Assembly: GCA_036172245.1 (NCBI GenBank)
Contig: JAYWIR010000013.1
Location: 2,046,001 to 2,110,000, forward strand
Length of the DNA stretch: 64,000 nucleotides
DNA from: Raillietiella orientalis
Lineage: Eukaryota
Direction: 5' to 3'
The notes beneath the pieces are model-generated. The model had not been told where the DNA came from. It saw only the letters and a list, made by a program, of their open reading frames with translations, and did not search any database. How positions within the stretch are numbered: the first letter of the stretch is position 1; each line of letters begins with the position of its first letter. The position numbers and the translations under genes were made by a program. Below, in pieces: positions 22,071 to 36,194 of this stretch.

Positions 22071-25000
22071 TGATGCTGCTGACGTCACTTCACTCGCAAT
22101 ACTGAGAAATTATCCCGTAATATGCAATGAAGCAATATACAATGAACAATCCCGTAATACACAACCCATATCAAGTAAGATACTACCTGATGGCTATTTT
22201 TTTTTTTTTTTTTATTGTTACACAATCCATACAGACATGAATTGCTATTGGCAATATCTTTTTGTACACGTTACACTCGGAACTTATTTTTCACTTTGCA
22301 TGGGCGAAAGCGTGATTTTAGTGCACTGTCAATGTTACGTGATAGAGTGGCTTAAAAATCACCTCTGGTAATAGAATTCGTTTGTGTTGAGAATATCGTG
22401 TCATTCGAGCGCTCATCTGGACCCATATCCAGGGTTCAACTAGAACGCAGAAAACAATCAATCAAAAGTTTTCTCAGCTTAATTTTTGTTAACAACCAAG
22501 AAAGTCAAAACACGACTGGGGCACTCCCACCCATGATTTTTATTGATCTGGTCGATCAATATTTCCTCCTGATATGCGCCCCCTACATCCCGTTCTCACA
22601 ACATTTTAAATGTTTTTTCTTGTTTGTTCTTTTGACATCATGCGACGAACGTGGAAACAGCGTTCGCATCTGTTTATTCTTAAATAAGCTAAAAAAAGAA
22701 AAAGAAAAAAAGGATGTTTACATCACCTTAGATATCAGTAATCGAGAATGGAGTGGATGCAATCAACCATGCTAGCAGCATGTATCATCAAAAAAGGATT
22801 GTCTGAGCTGCATCTCTATACTTATCCATATACAGCAGTTAGAGGTTCACAGCACCTTCAAATGCAAGAACTCTACATCTACTACTCGATGAACATCTTT
22901 AAGTTCTCGGAGTCTGCTTTTATGCATCTTCCTTCTGAGCCCGCACTGGTACCGACCGGCTCCGGTACCATATGGCTTCTTAAACAGAAAAGGTGTTTAT
23001 TTTTGCCACGAGTAAGCTTCGGGATCGACTGACACTGTTCCTTTCATTGATTAAGATTGCAAAAATGTCATTCATTACTTTCACGAAGAGAATTCCAGAC
23101 GATTCGATTTTGACGATGGCAAGACTTGGATGAAAAATGGGGTATCTCTATCAAGGCAGCCTCCAGCTGGCTGGTCTTGTACATGGTTCATTTCAGACAC
23201 TGTTCGGCCTTTCATGCGATCACAATGTAGTGAGATAGATAAAATATATATGTATGTATGTATGTGTGACCGTCTAGTAATCGGCCGTCCTCCAGCGGCT
23301 TATGAACTCAAGCGGGGAAATCAACGGTTACTGCCACGACACGTGACGCAGATTACTCTTCGAACTCGGCTGTTTGTCTCTCTGCATGATTCACACAAAG
23401 AAGAGAAACAGGTTCGAATTTTTGTTTACAGATTGTTTCTCTCTTCGAAAATAGGTCTTCCCTTCCTTCGGGAACCTATCCAGAAAAACAGCATATGTAT
23501 TATTCTTTCATGGAGTGCATTTTGGTGAATTTTGAAGTTGTGCAGAAAACGGCTACGTACAACTCATTTCCTATTTGGGTCTCTTGACCCCCTTCGCCAT
23601 CGGAAGTTTTCATTCAAAATGCAAAGCGCCAGTGCAATAGGGCCACTCAGGGCAAGTGGAAAAGTAATACATAGTAATACTGGGGAGGGGAGAATCCAAG
23701 AAATTACATCATTCCTTGATGGTAACGAAAATTTTTCGTAGTTGCAGTTTTTGCAATGATGCTGCATTATATTCCCATAAGATCAATCTCAATTCAAATT
23801 GATAAGTGCATTTGTGAGGAACTTTTGGTTGCTATAATGCACTTTACTGTTGACAACCAAAGATGTGGATGTTTTCTTTCACTTTGGGCAGCTATTTTGC
23901 CCTTGAAACCTTACATGGTATTTTTTTTTTTTCCCTTAACGGACTCATTCTACTAATCCTCTGCTAGTACTTTTAGATGAGCACTAGTTGTGTGTGCGTG
24001 TCTTTCTTTTAGTAAACCACAACATCATATCCCATATTTTGTATGCATCCCATGCGTGACATATCCGTTGTTTTGCGTTTGAACCACTGTATTATCGTAT
24101 CGTTAATGCTCTGAACTCTTCGTCTAATTGTCTTTGAGAACCATGTGACATCTTAGTGTACAAGCAGATGCACGTAGATGAGGAAAAATGGATTCGACGA
24201 TGAAGCATGTAAACCACGCGAGAAATGTTTAAGGTTATTATATCATCTTCTGAAACATACTGTTCCATTTATTTCGAATGTGTACTTAAAATGTTTTTCA
24301 TGCTAACTGACAACCCATTAAAAAAAACGGTCAACAGGTTTCAGGAAAGCAATTTGCCTACAATTATAAATAAGCTTACCGATAATATCAGTGGAAAATA
24401 CAGTTTCAGGAAGGCAACTGTAAACTAATTTGAAGCAAATGTATCGAAACTGCACACAATAAATTATTAAAAATCGAATGCACAAATGTAAATTACCAGG
24501 TTTGCGTTTATGTCATAGTGTTTCGTGAGAGTGTTTTATTTCAAGAGCAACATATGACAAGTTGTATTCGTGTACTAAAACATTCCAATCCATGCAAGAA
24601 AGTCTATGTTCTATGATGTGAAACGAATACATGGAAGTCACTGCATATTTCAACAGGTGTGGATGAATTTGTTTTTCCATTTTCACTTTTGGAAGGCGAT
24701 ACGCAAACCCTTAGTAACTAATGCATTATGCTTGGACAATTGTATGAGATAAAAAGTTTATTATTCAAATTCTTCCGTTGAGGATCTTACGATTGCAGAG
24801 TCCCGCAATCATTGCGCAAGCAGTCCTCACCCTTGACTGAGGGCATTTGGAATTTCGTTGTAAGATGTAGAAGACAACATGAAAACAAGCCCTAATTATC
24901 AAACAAATAGTTCAAAGCAAACAATTGGCAGCTATCTCCTCAATACAATATGGTGCATATGATTGTCAAAAACTATAAGTGAAGCTATAAATCAGTCATC

Positions 25001-25919
25001 ATCGCCCCCTTCATTTGATTTTGATAAACCCTGTTTTCATTACACTTATCATGGGACCCTTAATACGATATTACAGATTATTGTGCACTTATTAATTAAT
25101 GCTTATACATTTATGGTATTTATAAGCAGAGGCACATCTCAATTCTCTTCAAAAGATGTTCATTTTAGATTGTGATTTATAAACTGCCAGTTGCCAAATA
25201 CATATCTTTGGATAAGTAATAATTGCTTGTTCCAACCTGTAATTGTTAGATGGTGTGTATTGATGACTATTTTTTAATTCAGTTAGATGACATATGTATA
25301 TTATTCTATGTATACAAATTGAATACTGCACGAGAATACTAAAATTTCTTCCCTCCACCACATTTAATTAACTAAAATTTTAAAGTTAGCTTTCACCATT
25401 AACCCCTCCCCCCCATATATTTTTTACCATCGTTGCATACTTTACGAAAAAACACATCCTGAAAATGAAAATTTCATTTGACCCCACTAATGGTAACTAG
25501 ACCATAAGATCCTGCCATGATCCAAAATAATGTGCTTCTAGAGGTCAGAGGTTTCTTCGATAAGGATTACCATCGCTGTCAAAGACGAGCCCATTTTTTC
25601 AAGCACACTTTCCATGCTGTGTATTTCCAGAGGCGAAGCTTGTGGAAAGAAACTAACTGCCACGATGTTCATGGACAACTGGAAAACGGACAGTTCTTTG
25701 ACTGAAGGGGTCAACGGAAACAGCAGGGCCGTATGGCTGTGGTGGTGGTTGCAACCACCCAACACGAAGCCCCCCGCGCCAGAACATCAGCAGTTTGGGC
25801 AGGCTGTTCGCTAACGATTGCTTTTCCCAAAAAGGGAAAAGGGTGCCTCCTGAGAAGGGAAAAAAGGGAAAGAGTGCATCCTTACTTGGTCTGATCCGGT
25901 TTGAAAGGCACGAAGCACA

Positions 25920-26220
25920 CGATGTGGTCGGAAGCAGAAAAAGTGGCTGCTGCTGCCCATGTGGTGACTACGTAGGCTCCTAAAGAGGGTGTGCCAGCGC
26001 TTATGCTGTACAGTACATTTCACCTAGCACTCCACTGTTCCCCGTCACGGGATCATGGAAGATTTTGATCTAAGGAATGAAGTGTGTATTGCCCGGTACA
26101 TGGATGACAGATTTGCGGCCTTGGCGCTCTATGCTCGCTAAAAGATGGTATTCCCAACCACAGTTACGTACCGAAAGCATATGATAATCATCGTTAGGTA
26201 GAAGTACTTGATGGGTTCAC
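25920..26220 (+). mobile_element. Possible Penelope-like retroelement RT relic
   Basis: KQKK..LPM followed ~45 codons later by IARYMDDRF (cf. Q..G.PMG...RYVDD.F); frames are broken. Confidence 0.35.
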
Positions 26221-27130
26221 GTTTGAAGAAACTCCGCGGCATTCGCAAGGAAGTACTTTGAAGCTTCACCACGAAGAGATTTCCGAATTCACTGAACCGA
26301 CTCTATACATCTGTATTTCCGTTTTCCACCCGTTGAAATTATGTACCGTTAGGCTGTGTAGGTTTTTGTTTATCAACCCTAGCAGTAAGTAAGTCAACTA
26401 GTTTTTATTGAGATGTAGAATCAGATTGTTTTAAAGACAGAAGTTGGTTCTCAAGCGTTTTTCATGACATTTCCTTTAGCATTGAAATTGTCATTATCAA
26501 AATCATATTGACCAGCTTGATAAGCATCAATGCCTTTCAGTAATCTCACTAGGAATTTTTCAATTTCAGTGTGCAGTCAAACCACGATAAAAAATTATAG
26601 TTGACTGTAATCAAAGAATTCGGGTGTAATGTAAGATTTAAGCAAACATATTCAAGTCGAGTTCACTGTACATGTGCATCTTGTTATGACCTAGGTATTG
26701 AGTATGTGTGGATTTGAAGTTCAGCACTATATCAAAATTCTGTGCAAACTTCGCAGGATGCAATTCAGAAATAAGTTCCCATCCCTTGGCCAAAGTAAAA
26801 TTTTCATTTCTGCTAATTACAAAATATGTTCATAATGGCTTACAGAGTAAAGAATTCTCATGAAAATAACAAGCAGGGTGTTTTTATCAAGCAAAAACTC
26901 AGAATTAATTAGTGCCAGGAATTCAATAATTAATGATAAAGAATGGATGTTTACATGTATGAAAGCATCAATTTACTTAAGGCAGTCTGAGTGGTGGAAG
27001 TTTATTTTAAATCTACTAAGGCTGTTAATTTGAAATCATTTAAGGTCCTCTAACATAGGTCATAATGTTGGTTTTTATATGAGGTCTTTTTTGCTTTTAT
27101 GGCAGTTACTGGAATCCTTAGTCTTTGGTG

Positions 27131-27853
<723 letters not shown>

Positions 27854-27855
27854 TT

Positions 27856-28688
27856 TTATACATTTGGAAGACGCTTTGGATCAATTTTTTCTAGTTGTAC
27901 TAAAGGTTTGAGCTGTTCTGCAAAGTTGCGAACTTCTTCAGCTATGCTTTCTTGCCCACTTACAGCTATGACACTAGCTTCCACTAAATGTGAAGCAGAA
28001 AGAGCTTCCAGATTTTCATATGGTTTCCCAGGATTCATCTAAAGAAACATGAATACTTACGGATTTATAAATTACCTTGAAAATTTTTGAGACTGTAATT
28101 TTCATACGCCCTTTTCTGAATTGATATCCTTTAGATACATATTCATATTCCAAACGGAAACCCATTTCAGTGAGAAATTCTACTAAGTTCTGACTGCAAG
28201 CAATGTCAATACAGTTACGAACTAAGGTTGGCCTTGATTTATCTCCTGAAATTGAAAGGTTAAGTCAAATGCACAATTTCCCCCTCACATCCCCACCAAA
28301 TTCTGGACTTCCTAAATATCGCATTATCCAAGGAGCTGCAAGTGGATCATTCTGAGCATTAAGAGCCCTCCTAACAGAAATCATCAAGGGCTGCATACTA
28401 GGCCCCCCTCCTACAGCAGTTTTATTACCATTATCATAATAGAGGCAGTAACATACTGATGGAAAAAATCATTTCATGTTCATTGAAAGTATGCAGACCA
28501 TTAGTAATATTATCACACAGACCTCTTAAACGGTGTAATAGAACATCCAATGAGGTATCCAGAATACTTCCCTAAGAATCCTGAAATAACAGAGGTAACT
28601 TAATTATTTAATATGTCACCTGCAAATAATATTCTTGGTTTGGTACGACATTGCTCTGTAAAGCTGCAGTTATTACATCTGTAGTCAT
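27856..28688 (-). CDS. MED18: Mediator of RNA polymerase II transcription subunit 18
   Basis: complement(join(27856..28038,28076..28245,28297..28410,28457..28571,28620..28688)); PNQEYYLQGSILD..LLHRLRGLCDN..WIMRYLG..LVRNCIDIA..EMGFR..FRKGRMKITVSKIF..NFAEQLKPLVQLEKIDPKRL. Confidence 0.95.
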
Positions 28689-29769
28689 TGTGCAAATTTC
28701 ATCACAACTTCCAAATTTTCATTTTCTCTATGCTGTATTTGTGATGCTGTTGGGTCAACTCATTTTCTTTTGGTGTACAGAATCTTACCTGAGATATTCT
28801 AGTTCTGAAGCAAATTCAGGTGTTCAACTGATTACAAGTACTCTTTGTTACTCTTTTGTTTTCTTTGATTCGTTGATGCTAATAAATAATCATGCAGCGT
28901 TCGATCATATATATAAACTGCATTTTATCCAGTTGCATGTACATTATGATACACACATAAGCATATCCCCATTGGACTAAAGTAATCCTAAAAATGATTT
29001 TGGCATTATTCATATAACGATGACTCCACATTTTTCATGTTCCGGCATTTTCAGCAAGTCAAATATGTTTCTTAAATGACGCATTGATTCATGCAATATC
29101 TTGGGAAACGACCCACACAATTTTCTGCTGTTGGAGACCCCACAAGAATCTGAGAGTTTGAATTGTTTAAATACGTATACAGTTGCGTTAAAAGCTTTGA
29201 CGCAAGTTACCGAACTTGTGAAGTGCAAGCAGAAAACTTAAAACGTTAATCCGATACTACATTTGTCTACGCACGTTCTTTCGAGACGTCGTACAACCAG
29301 TCAGCAAGATTCAAAAATTCAAGTTTAACATTTGACCGGCATGCAACTTGAATACTGCACTGCATCTTCCCGCGCCCAATGCAATACATACACACTACAT
29401 CCAGTGGAACTGTAACTACAGACTTGAATCCATAAATCTTGAATTAAATATAGTGGTTCCCATCTAAGAAGGACCAAGTTCGCTTACCATATAAAAAATG
29501 CATACATTACATTTTCAGATTTTTTTATACGCAGTCAATATTTGCTCTCAACTTTCACGCGTTTAATTGTGCGCGCTAACCCCTACCATTACAACTTGCA
29601 AGACAGACTATAAATTAGCAATTACTAATTTGTAGCTCCTTTGAGAAACTCAAACTGCACAAAACGGAGGTTTATAAGATTGGCGATCAAAGTTTATCAA
29701 ACAGCTTCGATTCGAAATTCACAAGGGAAAAATTGAGTTCCAACTATTAGCAGATTTTAAACAAATTAA

Positions 29770-30050
29770 GGGGGATAATTAAGGGGATGTGAATGGAATA
29801 AACAAAACTGCAAGAGATAGCGAGCATGAATAGCAATCACAATGACGTTTGCCAGTTTTCTACGTGTATACAGTTTCTCCATCCATCTCTTGTAAAATGC
29901 TTGCTTATTGGTTCGTCTTTTTGATCTTTGATCTGTTGGAATACTGACAGAACTGGTAAACCAGTAAACCAAAAAAAAGGGCCTCCCTGTAATTGAAACC
30001 AAAATGTGATATTAAATCTTATCCCCATTTTGCATCGCTGCACTACTTAG
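29770..30050 (-). mobile_element. Mariner transposase C-terminal relic
   Basis: Minus strand AFYKRWMEKLYTR resembles mariner FY..GI.KL..RW; very degenerate. Confidence 0.3.
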
Positions 30051-32949
30051 TATGTACAATCGATCTTTTCCCTCTTCCCTCCAAAAAAAAACATTGACAA
30101 TACTGGAGAAATACATCCCGCAGTATGGAAAACTTGAAAAATACATCTAAAAAGTAGAATACAGTTTATTGCACAAAACTTATTATCAATCACATGTACA
30201 AGACAAATCTAAAAATTAGAACATATGATGAGATCAGTCAGCTTTATTCATCAATAATATCTCATTATCGCTGAAAGTTTTCAGAATCTACTAAAAGAAA
30301 CAATTGTGAGATAGAAGTTTTATCAAAAAATGATGGATTGGTTGAATGAGTGAAACGACGAGGCCCTTAAAAGAAGACACATTTTAAAAATTCGAAAAGA
30401 CAAAATGAAATAAGGAAATGAAGAAGTACTGGAAGACTAAAATACGATGGTTGAAACAGTAAAAAGATGTTACACAGCGTATCATAGCAGAAATCGAAAA
30501 TCAATCAGAGCGACCTCATATGCATTTTCAATGTCATGAACTTTATGCTTGTTCAGTAGGAATGAAATGTCACTGTGAAGTAACACTGAACGCTGGTTCA
30601 ACACCCGTCTTACTTAACTAAAACTTAATTAAGAAATTGATTAAGTAAAATAAACGTTGTAATAACGATCAGTGTATTGAGATATTAATTTTGCAAATAT
30701 AAATAATCTTTCAATACAGTGTTTAATATGCGAATATAACGAGGAACTTGAAGCACAATCTTGTAAGACCTTAGAACCAATGTTCATAGAACTTCCAAAT
30801 AAATATGAATTTTATCTAGTTGAAAACGAACGCATTCAAGTAGTCAAAATGGTAGTGTTGCAAGTTTCAAATGTTTTTGAATACTTAAGTTCTTTCACTT
30901 TACCACATGCTATAATGAATACTAGATTTTTAGTCGCTTTCTTCACTCGCTTGTTTATTAGTAGGCTTGATGATGAAATGAACCTATTTTCAAGTATTTA
31001 GAAAACATGGAAAAGTGCAAAAAATAAAAATATCAATCTTTGAGATTTTTTGGTTCTTACTTTGCTTCTTACTATATCTTCTGATTTGATGACAGAATTC
31101 TTTGTCAAACATTCGAAGAGCTAAAGTGATGAGAAAGCTTTCCGCGAAAGACTACAGACATGATAGAAATAACCAATCTCTCTTTCAAGGCTGTCATCAG
31201 TTACATGACATCAGTTGGTCTAATAGTTTTGTGGTATTTTCTTGAAGTTCTTTGCTGGAAAAGAAATTTCAGGTTACTATGATGAACAAAATTAACAAAA
31301 CTTCGCCAAAGTTTGACTTTATAACTCATAGAAGCATTCCTTACCAAACGATTCAAGGAAACAGTGGATTGCAATATCATTTTAAAATAAAAAAAATTAT
31401 TTTGTGCTCACTGTATAACTTTCTGCATGCAACCGCAAGAAAAAAAAAAACGTCAAATTCACATACCTGCATATAGAATAAACAATGAAAGCTAACATAA
31501 ATTTCCATAGTTTTCTGAGAAAGAAATTCACGTTTATGTCGAAAGAATGAATCGTTTTTGTTTATACATATCTGTACAAAAATAACTAATCAATGTGGAC
31601 TTTACTAATCTGTAGAAAAGATTTCATTGGATCTGTGTGCTAAAGCAATTAGACCAATAATCCGAATAGGAGTTCCTTATTTCATGGAAAAGCTCATGTT
31701 ACCTTAAAATATACTCTGCACACGCTTCGTTTGTACATATACGGAAACCTACTCTATACACACTTAGACCTGTTTGCCCATTGTAAGTTATCTTTCACCA
31801 TATAATCCCTAGTTCTTTATTAGTAAAACGATTTCATGCTATATGAATATCGACTAGAGTTTCAGGATTTGTGTGATTGAATAATTCCTTTCAAAAAGAA
31901 GTGCCTTCATATTTTCGATTTAATTTCGGTTGAAAGCTTCCCCTTTTTCGGATGTTAAAGACATGCATTTATGTAATTTTTGCACTTTTTCTCAGTCATT
32001 TTCCCAAACTCTCTTCGAACTTTACAATTAGATGCATTGATCATTCTGATTCTATTCTTATATCAGCCTATTTTCATTGGATTGGAGAATGTGATTTAGT
32101 TTTTCTCATCTAATTTCCAGGATTTATGAAATCACTAGTCTGAAACTTTCTCAGTAAATCATAATAGCCATAGACACCGTCTGGGATCACATATATAGGT
32201 TTCGTAACCGCAGATATTGCTTTCTTGCTTTTAATTTTTCCGTAATCAAATAACCAAATAGACATTTATTTTTTCCGAGACCTTGTGAGTCTGGAAATTT
32301 TAGTCGCTCCACTGAACTCGTTTCCAAACAAAGAAGCGAACACATTCGAGTGAGGAACACGTGTTCAGAATAAAAAAAAATTTTTATTTCTCGGCGAATT
32401 AGATGCTTGAATCAATTAAATACAATACACTGGAATACTCTCTGGAGTTCCAAAATAAGCATGAAAGCTTTCAGAAATATTTTAGAATCTAGTAAAATAC
32501 CTCATTTATACAGTATTAATGATTACAGCTATAATCGGAGGCTAAAGCAATGATGTGGTACAGAAAGGTATTGCGTGAGTGCGAAAAATTTATCTCGTAT
32601 ATTTAACCTCTTTTGCAAATATTGTAATAAAATCAAATTCAACCGGCTGTTACTGGGATGGCATCCGTTAATCTTAAAAACACTGATCTATGCAGAGTTC
32701 TTGTATGCTACCAACATGAGTCCCTGGTTCTTGAAGAAAAACTAGTTTTATATTCAGGTAATATCATATTAGAGCATATATGCTAATGTAAGCATTCTGG
32801 ACTCAGTTTGATTGTTTTGAATTCTAAAGTGAAAAAAACATATATTTAGGGATTATAGCAAAATCTAAATATGATCGCAAAATAATGGTTTGTGGCTTAT
32901 CAATAGATTATACTTGATTAGTTTAAATATCAGAATGATCTCCATAGAA

Positions 32950-33700
32950 AGCATCATCCTGATCTGTTACTTGACCATTAACTAATCAGAATAGCCCTCA
33001 TGGTGACACTCTTAAGTTGCCTCGTGTGTCCTTGTTCAAGTCATTTTTCTATCGTCTTATAAGAAAGAACGTCATTGAAGGATTTCCGAGAATCTGCATA
33101 CACTATCTAGCTTTAGTAGAACCACACCCCTCGTGATCTCACTCGTTTGCAAAGTAATTCTGAGGAAGGAAGATGCTCTTGAAAAGTGAGGAGTTCTGTT
33201 CTCAGTTCTTGGAGAAGACAGAATTTCCAAGAGGAAGCAGGATTCTAATTGTGGAGTGTTTATGTCTCTCAGAAAACTCTATTACTACAATCCTGTTTGC
33301 CCCAGTTGTGGCATGTTAATTTTGAAAACTTTATATGTGCTGATTAAGAGTCCTCAAGAACCAGTTGCAGAGGGTGTACTAAAAGACTTCGAGATCTGAA
33401 TGAATTTTCTAGAAGCAATATGGAAGGTCTGGAATACGACCGCATGTACTTTGTCTTTGAAGGTGTCTGTGAACGAAAGTTTCGGTACATCCTATTATTT
33501 GTCATGGATGAATAGTTTGGCACTGCTCAGTAGCTACACGTTGACGGCAAATTGTAATGGAGTGAAGGAATGAAGTGCTGTACTCCATTTCTAATAGTTC
33601 TGCGATTTCTGCTATGATTCATCATTCTCGGACAGGTACAATATCAATTATGACTGTTGGGAGCTTGATGAGGGAATATTTCTCATGCTGAGCAAGTACA
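32950..33700 (-). mobile_element. Ty3/gypsy LTR-retrotransposon RT relic
   Basis: Ordered remnants EIAELLE, RMYRNFR (cf. RMC.DFR), SKSFST..ATG (cf. KYFSTLDLA.G), LPLG (cf. MPFG); many stops. Confidence 0.35.
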
Positions 33701-35365
33701 TCCAGAGATCCTCACTGGGCCATATGGGATTGTTTGGAAAAATGAACTTTGACTGTTCACATCTTTCAGTATATAAATCACGAGGTACCATGAATTGCGA
33801 AAAGTTCATAACGCCAAGGCTAATGGTTTTTTCAATTTTGAACGTCTGCTACATGTAAACAATACTAGAAAATCATACATTATTAACCCATAATATTACA
33901 GCTCTATGTTCTCTTGTTTTGAGACATTATGAAGCCAGAAGTGGTATGAAATGGTTTGCCCGTATAATGTTAGAAACGAAATGAAATTTGTCGCCATAAG
34001 CAGCAGTTCTACATATTAAAGCCTGTACAAATTGAATAAATAAATAAACTGTTCCCGACAAATCAGGTTTTTCAAAAATCTTAGGAACTCGTGCTTTTTA
34101 ATCCAGTAAAAAAACAGTTTGAAAGTAAGACGCTAGTTGTGATTAATTTTTCTAGTAGAAGATGTAAGGTCACTTTTGAAATTCCAGAATATAAAATAGA
34201 ATAAGCAAAGCAGAGACCTAAGATTCTTGAAGCTGTTTCATGAGAATACTCCACGAAGATCTACACATCTGTTTCAAAGACTATGATTAATTTTTTTGAG
34301 CGAAGAAGCAAAAACTAAAACATAGATCATTCATAGAACTTAATACCGGATTATCCTTTATATTTACCTTGTATAGGCATATGCCTATTATGGTATAATT
34401 CTATGGTGTCATTATGGATAAAGTAATCTTAACGACGATGATCCTCAAGTTAAAGTCCAGAAAATGGGGATTCCCTGACAATGCAAATTCTTAAAGGGCA
34501 GAGGGAAATTTAATTCGGGTTTTAACTTTTGGGGATATTGGTTTAAATTCACTATTTTTTTTAGTATTTATTCTCTGCAATTCACAGGTAAAAAGCTTCG
34601 GACGCTTGAGGTTGAGAACTTAGCGTTGACAATATTACCATCAGGCATTATTATTATCACCATACTTGCAAATGAGCTAGATTGTTAAATATACGGTCAT
34701 TATGGAATCAGATCCATCAAAGAATAATTTTTATTAATGATGACCCAAATTTTCATGAAACCAATGCTATTTTACATTTTGCAATATCACAGTCAGATAA
34801 AAACATAATGTTTTCATAGTAATTTTGGAAAAAATCATCTTGCCATCACCACATTACTCTCTTAATATCACTGATTATACAACAGTGGTCCAAAACTTGC
34901 AACCTCTTTATTCTAGCGAGTACGTATTTCTTAATTTATGGCTCGATTTTACTAAACATCTGTTCTATAGTATTACCTTTTGCATTCACTTTACAACACA
35001 GAATTGGAATATCCTTTTTTAACTTGGCATTCCTATTTGTGATTATGATGAGAGAGTACAGTTGAAAACACTATTGATTGATGGTACGAAAAAGAGTACT
35101 TAAAGGTATGGTACGCTAAGTTAAAAAACTTAGAATGGTTCCTGTTGATTTAATTGACTGCTTATAAACTTGTGATTTCGTTTTTATGACTGGATAGGCT
35201 TTTTGTTGATCAGTATACGTTAAAATCTTTTTGATGATAAGGAAAAAAAGTATGAGCAAGACTATTGAAAAAATAAAAAAATCCCCATTTATATCTAGAA
35301 AGGAGGAAAATGTAAGTTACGATCCTTAATTGAAAAGAAATATTCTATTGAAATATAAATTTTAG

Positions 35366-36139
35366 ATGGACAGTAGTCATCATCCATCAGAAGTGACATT
35401 TCAGGATTCACCCAGTGTAAAACAAAAAACTCTCGAAAGTGTTCAGTGTGAAAGTCAAACAAACGAGGATTTATTTTCACAGAACTTGATAGATGTTGGA
35501 TCAGATGAAATTAGTACTTATACTATGGCTTCTGAGAACACACCCACAAAACAAACAGTTGAATACTTTCTCAAGAAAATTCACAAAGTCAAAGAGCTTC
35601 TAAAAGAAGAACAGATTATACAAAATGGTATTATTTATCGAAAATTTAATTGTGATCCAAGGAATATTAATTTATTTTATTGAAATATACCAGATAATGT
35701 AAATGAATATTTGGAGATTGCCAAAGCTGGAAACAAGCAACAAATATCAAGGCAGAGAAACGCATTCGAGAAAAAACACTTGAAAATATCACAGAACATT
35801 AGTAATTTGATGAAAAAATTGGAGGCTTATCAAAAAAAACTGAAAGAATTAGAAAACCATGGAGTAATAGCTAAACCAACCAAAGAAGTGTTTCGTGATG
35901 TTGGTCATGGAATAAAGTGAGTTATTTGTCATAACTTTGGTTTAGGTTGCTTTTCTCAGTGCATCTCTACTTTAGAAATGTTGGTGAAAACATCAAATAC
36001 GGTATTACTGGATTATCTGGGTAAGTGTTTAAGTATTCTAATCTCTTAAAAAACAAAAAGTTCTTGATTGTCATTCTCATGCAGTAATAAAGCTAAACGT
36101 ATATGTGTATGTATGTGTGTGTGTGTATGTATATGTGTA

Positions 36140-36194
<55 letters not shown>

